Below the pieces are notes generated by a model that made no database searches, was not told the origin of the DNA, and worked only from the letters and a program-made list of their open reading frames with translations. The translations under genes and the position numbers were made by a program. 64,000 bases of DNA from assembly GCA_029940695.1 (NCBI GenBank), contig JAPYUP010000003.1:14100-78099 (forward strand). Direction: 5' to 3'. The first letter of the stretch is position 1. Each line of letters opens with the position of its first letter. This DNA comes from Candidatus Thalassarchaeaceae archaeon. GTDB taxonomy: Archaea; Thermoplasmatota; Poseidoniia; Poseidoniales; Thalassarchaeaceae. Shown here piece by piece: positions 8,098-17,600 of the stretch.

Positions 8098-10149
8098 ATG
8101 TCCTTGCTAATGACCAGTAGTTCGTTGAACAGAGTTCGGACCGCCTCGGCACTTGCCTTTACTCTGACCCTCAGCATGTTGTTCCCGCTCTTTCCTCTAC
8201 AAACCCCTGGCCCCTCACTGGACGAGGTTGAGCAGCGGCGTGAGCAGTTCGGAGGAGGGGGATCGTTAGAGGAGCAGTGCAGTTCTATTACCTTCGAGGA
8301 CATGTTCATCTACGACCAGGCAATCTTCGATATTCAAGTCGACGAGGACTGGCAGACGGCCCAAGTCGCTGCTATGGCTTGGATTAACTGGACGCTGGCC
8401 GACGAAATCAGAGACGACCTTGATGAGTATCTGGAGGGAATCATTCCCTCTGGGGGCGATGACTGGCTGTCGACTGACGAAGTGGGTGCAGTGATACTGA
8501 TTGCTGCAGACTGCCTTCAGTACAGTCTCACCAGAATTGGCATCCGCGATGGGTCTGCTCACCGGGGGGGAGTGGGCGTGGACTGGAAGAATACCACTTG
8601 GCAGAATGATGGTATGAATATCGCGGAGTACAATGGTGTCCCCCCTAGGCACGCTGAAGGTAGGGACTGCCAAGGATTCGATCAGGGAGACTGCTACGAG
8701 ATCCCGGTTCGACCTTCAGTGGAACGTGACTGTGATACAGAAATCAACGAGTCCGAGGGGGCAGACGAGTGCAGAGTAATCCTCTGGCTGAATGCGACGC
8801 TGGAGATTCAGGGTGTTTCGAACCCCAATGATTTCACAATTGCCTTCAACTCCTCCAACATGAGCAATGCCAGACTGGACTTCACATTCCCGTACATCCA
8901 AGACTTGAGGCTCGACCAATGGGAAGAGTGCGAGGGTCGGTACGTCGGCATTGACGAGGACAACCCGGGTGGGGGGTCAACTCCCCCCAAGGGTAGCTGC
9001 ATAGGTGACGGTTCTTCCCAGTACGAGTTGAACCAAAATGGAGACGGGAGCCTGACCTACACCCTATTCCCAGCCCTCGAAAGGGGAGTCTGGCCATACG
9101 GCGAGGATCTCTTCGCCGACTTCACCACTTCCCCCATACCTGTCGACGGCCCTCCAACCTGGACCGATGCAGCACCCGATGACGGCTCCTGGTTCCCAGT
9201 CGACGAGGATGGTCAGAGGAAATGGATCTCATGGCAGACTCTCTCGACTTGGTTCTCCGATGAGTCTGGTGTCTCGAAACTGAATATTGATTGCAGTGCC
9301 GGGGACACTGGGGAAATCTCACAAGGCATCGACCGTTCGTTGTGGGTAACCTTCGAAGAGACTGTGAGTATCACCTGCGAGGCAACTGACGAAGCCGGAC
9401 AATCATCAGGAAACAGATCCTGGTACGTCGGTGTGCCGATTACAGTGTCAACTAACGAACCAGTAATGGACTTCGTTCTGTTGAGTGACCCACATCCGTT
9501 TACCATAGAACTTGCAAGCGAATGGGAGGTAACCGGCGTGGAGGTTGAGGTGGGGCTAGTGCAGGGAGGTCAGCCAATAAATATCGAGTCGGCTTCCTTG
9601 TATGCAGCGGCGTGGACTGTTGAAATCGAAGTTGCATCGGCGAGTATGCAACCAGGCGATGTTTTCGTTTGGGTTCGCGTTACCAGTCTTCAAGGTCACT
9701 CAATGGAAAAAGTATACGACTTTGGAATCAAGAAGAGGGGGTCTCCCCCATTGGTCACTGTGAATCCGGTCGACTGGGACGGTCAGCTATGGAGGATCTC
9801 CGGACAATACAGCGACCCGGACGGGGAATCGGTTACCTTCACTTTGTTGATTTCCGAAGATAATTCCCATGAAGTCGAAGTTACAGTCACTGGAAACTCG
9901 TGGGAAAGCAAGTGGATAGACTCGTCGTTGTTGTCACCGGGAAATAATAATCTAATGCTTATTGGGTGCGACGAGTCACTCATGTGTACAGAGGAACATG
10001 TCTGGCTTGACACCGCTTCAATGCCGGAAGACGGGGGCGGATTTTCCAATGATGAAGAATCTGGAGGAGATCCAATTCCCTCGTTAGGGATATTTTCTGT
10101 GGTGATGTCTGTCTTCGCTGCACTCATGTACACGCGTCGTCGGGACTGA
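8098..10149 (+). CDS. Acidic secreted/surface protein anchored by a C-terminal TM helix; function unknown.
   Basis: N-terminal signal-like hydrophobic segment, a D/E-rich 683-aa body, and a C-terminal helix SLGIFSVVMSVFAALMY followed by RRRD. No known catalytic motif. Confidence 0.55.
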   Translation: MSLLMTSSSLNRVRTASALAFTLTLSMLFPLFPLQTPGPSLDEVEQRREQFGGGGSLEEQCSSITFEDMFIYDQAIFDIQVDEDWQTAQVAAMAWINWTLADEIRDDLDEYLEGIIPSGGDDWLSTDEVGAVILIAADCLQYSLTRIGIRDGSAHRGGVGVDWKNTTWQNDGMNIAEYNGVPPRHAEGRDCQGFDQGDCYEIPVRPSVERDCDTEINESEGADECRVILWLNATLEIQGVSNPNDFTIAFNSSNMSNARLDFTFPYIQDLRLDQWEECEGRYVGIDEDNPGGGSTPPKGSCIGDGSSQYELNQNGDGSLTYTLFPALERGVWPYGEDLFADFTTSPIPVDGPPTWTDAAPDDGSWFPVDEDGQRKWISWQTLSTWFSDESGVSKLNIDCSAGDTGEISQGIDRSLWVTFEETVSITCEATDEAGQSSGNRSWYVGVPITVSTNEPVMDFVLLSDPHPFTIELASEWEVTGVEVEVGLVQGGQPINIESASLYAAAWTVEIEVASASMQPGDVFVWVRVTSLQGHSMEKVYDFGIKKRGSPPLVTVNPVDWDGQLWRISGQYSDPDGESVTFTLLISEDNSHEVEVTVTGNSWESKWIDSSLLSPGNNNLMLIGCDESLMCTEEHVWLDTASMPEDGGGFSNDEESGGDPIPSLGIFSVVMSVFAALMYTRRRD

Positions 10150-10153
10150 TCGC

Positions 10154-10606
10154 ATGAGCTTCTCGGGCCGGGTCACCGAGGCTTCTCACGAAGGTGGGCT
10201 ACTCGCGTCTTTCGAGGGACGGGCCCCCCGATTGGGTGCGAGCATCAGGATTACAGGTGGCAAGATCCTAGGTAGGGTCGAAACAGTACTGGGTCCAATC
10301 GAAGAACCCCTGATTCATATTCATCCCCTATTGAGGGGAATCGATGCAAAGGCAGCAGTTGGCTCGCCGGTCGAAATCGCCCCCCGGGTCAGGTCGGGAC
10401 AAGGTCGCGCAAGAGGCAGGACTAGCAGCAAACGAAGTGGGCATCATCAGGGTCGCGGCGATGCTAGGAAGGGCAGGCACGTTACCAAGCGTCATGGAAG
10501 AAGGAGTGAAGCGAAGAGGGGCCCTAGCAAGCGAAGCGGCCCGCCAAAGAGAGGAGGGGTTCGCAGGGACACAAGGAGAAGGGGGGCAAGCAGGGGCCGG
10601 CGCTGA
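10154..10606 (+). CDS. gar1: H/ACA RNP protein Gar1-like core (about 80 aa) with a C-terminal Arg/Gly-rich basic tail.
   Basis: The pattern G.V....G.L.......P..G..I......LGRVETVLGPIEEPLIHIHP is typical of the archaeal Gar1 beta-barrel. It is followed by about 70 aa rich in RG/RGR/KR. Confidence 0.55.
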   Translation: MSFSGRVTEASHEGGLLASFEGRAPRLGASIRITGGKILGRVETVLGPIEEPLIHIHPLLRGIDAKAAVGSPVEIAPRVRSGQGRARGRTSSKRSGHHQGRGDARKGRHVTKRHGRRSEAKRGPSKRSGPPKRGGVRRDTRRRGASRGRR

Positions 10607-10656
10607 TTGGTGGGGCGCACCCCAGCATTCTTCATCGGATTGCTGTTGCAGCGAGT

Positions 10657-11640
10657 GTGGCGAAGAGCGCTGAGATGATATGGATCGATGCGTTGGAAGT
10701 CGAGCAGGGCGGAGACCGAGATTCGGCGATTTCGCTAGCTAGGGACGTCGTCGAAATCGATGATACGCATGCAGATGCATGGATGGCAATCGCACAGTGG
10801 AGCCTTCCTGTAACGGCGCGAGGGAGGCAGGACATGCCTGATCTCGCTCAGGCAGCGAAGGCCATGTCCGCGCTGCGAAAGGTTGTGGACCTAAATCCCG
10901 ACAGTGCTCGGGCATGGGAGTTGGGTGGCACCCTCTTAGTAGACCACTTGGGCATGCTAGAACACGGTCTGGAGTGGTGGGAGGACAGGAGGGAGATGGC
11001 CCCCAAAGACATCATTCCCCTCATCGAGCAACTGGCGATCCTAGTGAGACTCGGCTACTTCGATGAGTGCGCAGACAGATTAGAAATATTGTATGGAGAT
11101 GATATCGACATACCACCCAACAGGCGTCTCGAGGCGCGGATGGAGGGTGTCAGGAAGATGGTGGAGAGAGCAGCGAGAATGGAGGCGGACGGTGCCTTCG
11201 CCCCACAGGATCAGAAGGACGAGAGATGGGACATAATCAGGAGGATGAAGAAGAGGAAGCCGATCTCGCAGACCTTCTTCCTGCTGACCTTCGTTGCGCC
11301 GATAGTATTCCTCCTGGGCTCTGCCGCCATGTACGCCTTCGGCTCCACTACCCTTGGCTCGATCATGGTCTTCTTCCTGATTCTAACATCGTACTTCGCA
11401 ATCAGCAGACTATCAATAGGGCTGCTTCACAAACTGAATCGTCATGCTCTTGACCTCGATCGAGCCATGGACTGCGAGACCACCGTTGGCAAGGTCTGCA
11501 TCCCCGAGGAAGTCAGGGGCTCGAAGCTATACAACTCGGTCCTTGGCAATAGGATGCCCGCATTCAAGGAGAGGATTTCGCTAATACAGGAGTCGGGGGA
11601 GAGGGTGCCGGGCAAGTGGGAGTTGCACGTCCCTTTCTGA
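10657..11640 (+). CDS. TPR-like repeat protein with two C-terminal TM helices; function unknown.
   Basis: The N-terminal half is helical-repeat (TPR-like, e.g. AWMAIAQW, ARAWELGG). There are two hydrophobic helices at about aa 235-285. Confidence 0.5.
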   Translation: MAKSAEMIWIDALEVEQGGDRDSAISLARDVVEIDDTHADAWMAIAQWSLPVTARGRQDMPDLAQAAKAMSALRKVVDLNPDSARAWELGGTLLVDHLGMLEHGLEWWEDRREMAPKDIIPLIEQLAILVRLGYFDECADRLEILYGDDIDIPPNRRLEARMEGVRKMVERAARMEADGAFAPQDQKDERWDIIRRMKKRKPISQTFFLLTFVAPIVFLLGSAAMYAFGSTTLGSIMVFFLILTSYFAISRLSIGLLHKLNRHALDLDRAMDCETTVGKVCIPEEVRGSKLYNSVLGNRMPAFKERISLIQESGERVPGKWELHVPF

Positions 11641-11644
11641 GTGG

Positions 11645-14600
11645 TCAGCCCCCGTCGCCCCTCTGCTGGGCAGAATACGGGGCGTAGTACTGTTGGGCAT
11701 ACTGGCGTGCCGTCTGCTCGTCATAGCCCTGAGTTATGAGTTGCTGGACGTAGATCTCGATGTTGGCGTACTGTCGAGCAGTCTGCTCATCATAGCCTTG
11801 GGCTAAGAGCTGCTGTACGTAAGCCTCGACCGGATCCATCTGCTCCACCCCTCCGAAGGACTCTACTGAATCCTCCTCTGAGACTCTTCCACGACTGCGG
11901 ACCAACATCGTAACGAGAACCACTAAAATCAGAATAATGGAGGCGATGCCCCCAATTACGACCATTTCCGTCACTCCGCTGCTGCCCTCGGCGCAGGAGG
12001 CTGGATCCACTACGCAGGGGTCTAGCGGCCTAGGCAGAGTATAGAGTTGAATCTGGTCATTGACCACGTAGGAGCCCTCTGTAATCCTGATGTAGACCAA
12101 TCCCGCGCTGCCAAAATCCTCTAGGTACAGATGGGAGATGTTCAACGAGAGCGTGTAGGAATCACCGTCGCACAAACTTGCCTGTCTGTCGTATCGACCG
12201 AGCTCCTTCTGGGTGGTCTTGGTAGCCTCTCCCTTGTCGAAGATTGAGGTGTCATCGAGAGCGATTTCGACTGTCACGTCGCATTCGCCCCCCTCATCGT
12301 TGTCGACGATTACTCCGGTGATGTTGATGATGTCAACGGCTTCAAGCGCGTCGAACCGATGCCCGTCAGCAGTGGAGATGCTGTCCATCTCGTTCTCGGG
12401 CTCCTCGTCCCCAAAGAGCTCTCCGACCACCTCGAAGAAGATTCTGAATGGGGGCGTTGAGTCGAGGTTTCTCTGATCAGTTACAACGAGTTCGAGCATG
12501 ATTGGATTATTGTTCGGGGTGATGTTGCTGAAGGTGTAGTGCCAGTCGTATTGGCTCTTAGGGAGAATGACTTGGTGATCTTGGTTGCCATCGCCACTGA
12601 CCGACCAAGTGTAGGTTTTGATACCGGTCCCGATATCGCTGCTGTTGACAGCTGAGAATTTTATGTCGGTGGTGCCGGTTTCAGTCAGCCTGACTCTGTA
12701 CTTGGGAGAGTCGATCATTATCCAGTTCCCATCGCTGTCCTGTTCTCCGGTCGGTGTAGGTTGGTACCCTACGAACTCTAGGAACTCGGTGCTAATGTCG
12801 TCCTGCACGATGTCGATGTGCGCCACGGGGGCCGAGCTATCTGCGGCGATGTCGTTTGTGTAGATGGAGACGTTGGTAATCCTAGTGTGGCCTGCGGCAT
12901 CATGCAAGTACAGCCAAATCCTCCACTCTGCATCTATCTTGCAGCCGAGGTCAGCATTGTCGTCTTGGACGCAGAAGGTGGCGTTGACTGAGCTCGTCGC
13001 GTCGACTTGGTGCATGTGCCAGTTGTCATCTCCTAGAGTCTCCCCATCCCATCCGGTGACGGTCTCATTGTTAGCCGACTCGATGGTCCAGTCTGCGAAG
13101 ATGCCGGCCACGTTGGTCTCGAAGTCGAACTGCAGGGACGCCCCGCTCTCTATCGCTTTCTTCTGATACGCCGCGGTGAGGACGTCGATTTGCTGGACCT
13201 GTCCGTCGATGGTCAGCTCGAAGCCTTCTCCTGCAATCTCGAAACCGTTCGGGTAGGGCGTGAGGTGGAAGTCCAGCATGTTGGACAACAGCGGGAAGTT
13301 TGAGTCTCCGTAAGGCTGTGACACTGTTGGGTTCTCGACGTCGATGGTGGTGACGATGAGCCCGCCCTGGTAGTAATTGCATACCGCTAGCAGGGACTGG
13401 CTCGGGTTGACGGTGTCCCTGATGAGCGTGTGGAAGGTTCCGCCATCGCTAACTCTCCCTCCTTCGCTCTCCCCTGCCGGGGCGTCGCTGCAGACGAGTG
13501 GCAGGTTGTCCGCGTTGACTTGGTTGGTGTCAAGTCCGGAGAGCGCGACGTGGGAACCACCGTTCACGCCTGCGAAAGCAGATGTGCCGACGCCCGACAT
13601 GATCGGGTGGAAGCGATCCACGAATGTGAGGTTGTTTGAGTGGATCCTGCGGTCGACGGTTTGGTTGACGTGGTCCCTCATCACTATGTCCATGTCGAAG
13701 GGAAGCCTCTCGTTGTCGGTCCCCAAGCTCAGATACTCGCTTCGATATGGTCCAAGGTGGATTTGTACGGTGCCACCGTCCTGCATGTAGTCAACTAGGG
13801 TCTCCGTAAGAGTGAGTTCCGAGTTCTGGGGGTTGGGTGTGCCCAGCAGCTCGTAGTAGTCACCGTACTCGACGTTGTAGTCCGTTTGCCATGGGAGCAG
13901 GGCCTTAGAGTAGTGCTCTAGCCAATCCTCCGTTCCATAGGAGTTCCAGTCATCCACCTCGAACTGTGTGTAGGTCTTGTTCATGGCCTGCAAGTCGCTC
14001 TTCACGCGTTGGAGTCTGCTCTGGTCAGTTGGGTCGGAGAAAATGGCGATGTCAACGTGGTCATAGAACTCGATCTCGAAGAACCGTTCGTTGCCCGACT
14101 CCTCCCCGCCTTCACCTAGCGTGGCGGAGAAGCTGATGTTGTATCTGTGACCATCGAACCACTGGTTGTACGGGGACGTCCAATTGGCCTGCCCCCGCTG
14201 GTGTGGGTCAAGCAAGAACGGGCCGTTCTCGGCCGTCTGCTCAAACACTGTCTGCCCGGTGTCCTCGTCGACTATCTTCATCGTCAGAACGTAGGTTCCT
14301 TCGATAACCCCGTTCAAGAGTGGTACCGAGAAACTGTGGGATGCCGGGCCGGAGGGGTTTGATGCGTAAACGCACTCGTAGATGGTGTCAGTGACGCAGT
14401 CCATCACGTCGGGCTGTAGGAGGGTGATGTCGGCGTTGGCGATGCCGAAGAGGATTGTGGATACGTTGTTCGCTATGCTCATCTCGGGCTTGTCAAACCA
14501 CTTCGAGGTGTTGTCGGTGTTGTCGTAGAGTGTCATCAAGTCGATCCTGTACAGGCCGTTATCGAAGTCATGGGTTCCCATATTGATGGTCCGCCTCTGT

Positions 14601-17600
14601 GCGGCGTCCATGCCTGAAACGCTCTCTAGGTAAGAGCCGTCGTCGGTGAAGGTGTAGTCATCGACGCGGATGTTGTCTAATGCGAAGCCCGCGTAGCCTG
14701 CGTTGCCGTTAACGCCGTCGTCGTTGGAGTAGAAGCGCCATGTGAAGGTAACATCCGAGCCCGCGAGGGTGGTGCACTCGTCAGTCCATGCGAATGAGTC
14801 AGGGCTAGTGGTATTCAAGAGATGGACGTGGGTTAGGTCGATTCTGGCTGAGCCTACCATATCCTCGGAGTCGTACCACTGCACCCAACCGTCCTGGCCA
14901 ACTCCGCCCGAGTGGTCGCCTGCGTACTCCACCTCCTCGTAGAGTCCGTTCTGGTCGAAGTCCTCACAGTAGTGGAAGTACGTCTGAGTGACGCTGTTGA
15001 AGCCCGGGCGCAGTCCATTGGCGTTCAAGTCCGTCCAGCTCCCATAGATCACGCCCTCGTAGACCTCCCCGTCCCTGGCCCAAGTCGCCTCAAGGTAGGC
15101 GAAGTCGCGAACGGCCTGTACGTTGCCGTTCCTGTCTGCAATATGGTCACCCTCAGCGAAGTAGTTGAATGTCAAGAAAGTGAAGTCTGCGCCACTGTCC
15201 GCGATCTCGATGGGTTCCAATGTCATTGTCTCATTCCAGTCGTCGCCGTACCCTTCCGAGGGGTGGCCGAGCCAGTAGGCCTGATTCTTGAAAACGCCTT
15301 GGTTTTGGGGGAGCATCTCGTTGGAGCCCGAGGAATCATCTAACCTACTACCGTTTTCGTTGCCGTCGTCCTCCCAAATAGGCTCGAAGCCGGAGAAGTC
15401 CTCGGCGGCTATAAGCTCAGGCAGGGCGTTGTATACCTTGGCCTCGACCTCGAAGTCGACGACGGTGTTGCCCCAGTTCTGGACGCCTATGGTGATGTCT
15501 CGATCGCCCGAGGCGTACAACTCACCGTTCTCGAGGTCTATCCACGGCTCCTCGATGAGTCCGGGGTCGTACAGGTTTCTGACAGTCAGCTGGAATCTAG
15601 TCTGGTCGTTGGTGCTGTCCTGGTCGGTGTAGCCACTGGGGTTGGAGAGAGTGACGGAGATGTAGTAGGTCGTGTTGTCTACGAAGTCAGCGGTGAGTTG
15701 AACCGTCTGCGACTCACCAGCCGACGCGTCAGTCAATGTCAGCGTCTGGCTCTCGACGGTAGAGTCGCCGAACGTAACATCCCTCTTCCTGATGGTGATG
15801 TTGTCGAACGCGAAGCCGTCCAGCCCGGAGTAGTCGGCCGCGCCTACGGGGCCCACGGTGCCCTCGAGGCCGCTGCGGAAGCGGAACCTGATGTCGATGA
15901 CCTGCCCGGCGTAGGGCGTCAGGTCTATCGTATCAGCCGCTTGATCCAATTCTCCGTCGTCCCAGCAATAGGCATTGGGGAAGCCATAAATCAGGTAGGG
16001 CATGGAACACGAGTCCCGGATTCCCCCGCCCTCAGTGTAGTTGTTCCACAACGAGGATTGCCAGTCACCGTAGAAGTCATCGTTGTAGTCGTTGTACTCC
16101 GGGTCGGGGCTGCTAGAGACGCGCTCCTCGATGCGGTACTTCCGCTCGTTGTCCCAGCCGCCGTACCTCCAGACAGGCTCCCAGCCGGTGCCATCGCTCC
16201 ACACCTCAATACTGCACGAGTCCTCGTACAGCCACCGTTCAATCACGTCGTAGGGCTCGGCTAGGAATAGTTGGAAGAAGCCAGCGCTACAGATTGCATC
16301 GAGGTCAAGGAAGGCGGCGTTCGCCCCGGTCAGATCGACGTCCTCGAGGATTAGGGCCTCGTCCATGTGGTTGTAGTAGCCGGTGCTGTTGTTGCCGTCG
16401 GCCTCGGAGTGCTCTACGCCCGCCCAGAAGTAGTTGGTCGGGTTCTGCCTAGTCTCCCATGGATAGTAGAACACCTCATCCCAGGACTCGTTGTCCTCGT
16501 CGGGAACGGTGCTGCACGAGGACGTGCCGTTGTGCCCGCACTGGTAGTCGCTGTTGTTGAAGTGTACGACGTCTCCCTCGTAGTAAGTGGTGCCATTAAT
16601 CCAGAACCTGTCCTCGTCTATGTGCCACGAGGAATTTCCCTCCGAGTACTCTCCGGTGTAGGAGTACTTCTGGAGCTGGGCGCCGTCGAGGTTGACGTTT
16701 GCCGATTCTGATTCGAAGTCGTTGTGGTAGACGATCGTGTCCGTGCCACCTAGGACCTCCTTGACTTCGAGGTCGACATCCACGCTGCCGCTTGCGATGG
16801 GGTTTAGCCCAGTGTTCTTGATGGTCACATTCACCCATCGGTTGCCCTCGCCGACTATGCTCTGGAAGGTCGCCGGGTCCATCACTGAGGGTTCTATTGT
16901 GACTCTGGTGATGCCTAGGTCGTAGTTGTCGAGCACGAGCACGGAGAGATAGTCGCCCTGTCCAGCGTACCCCATGGTGTCGAGCCACATCGCGTTGTTG
17001 GAGAACCTGTAAGTGTAATCCGCCTGCCCGATGACCACCTCTAGTGCGCTGTCCGGGCCGCCCTGCAGCTGGCCGGGCACGGCCATGGTCGGGCGGCGTC
17101 CGACATCGAATGAGAGTGGGGACAGGTAGCCCGGACCGCTGGGGTCGGCGAGAAGGATTTGGACGGTGTTCAGCGCCCTGAGGTTGGGCCGGAGCAGATA
17201 GGTCTGGTTCTGAGAAGTCGACTCCTGAGTGTCTAGGAGAGTGAGCGATGTAGGTACGAAGAAATCGACCTCGCCGTCTCGGTTGACATCCGAGATGGTT
17301 ACCGAGGCGCCCATGTAGTTGCCGTACGGAACGTAGTTCTGGGTGTCCCAGCTGCCGCCGTTCTTGGTTGCGTAGGTCAGGTTACCGGTGATGCCGTCCA
17401 CGGCGACTATCAAGTCGATCTCGTTCGTGTCGTCGTCAGGAGTGGTGTCGGCTATGTCTATGCCAAACAGCTCGTAATCATGCTCGACATCGAGCGTGAA
17501 TTCATGCATGGTTCCGGTGGAGGTCGGGTCCATCGGGTTGGGGTAAATTCCAGTGAGGCAGTCGTACTCGAGAACGGTCATGTTGTCGAAGGTCCCCCTC

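Noticed and set aside
10344-10673. 109-aa ORF in another frame overlapping the basic tail of the Gar1-like gene
   Set aside because: Its product (ending CCCSECGEER) is less protein-like than the in-frame RG tail. I keep the Gar1 frame but flag the uncertainty in the findings.
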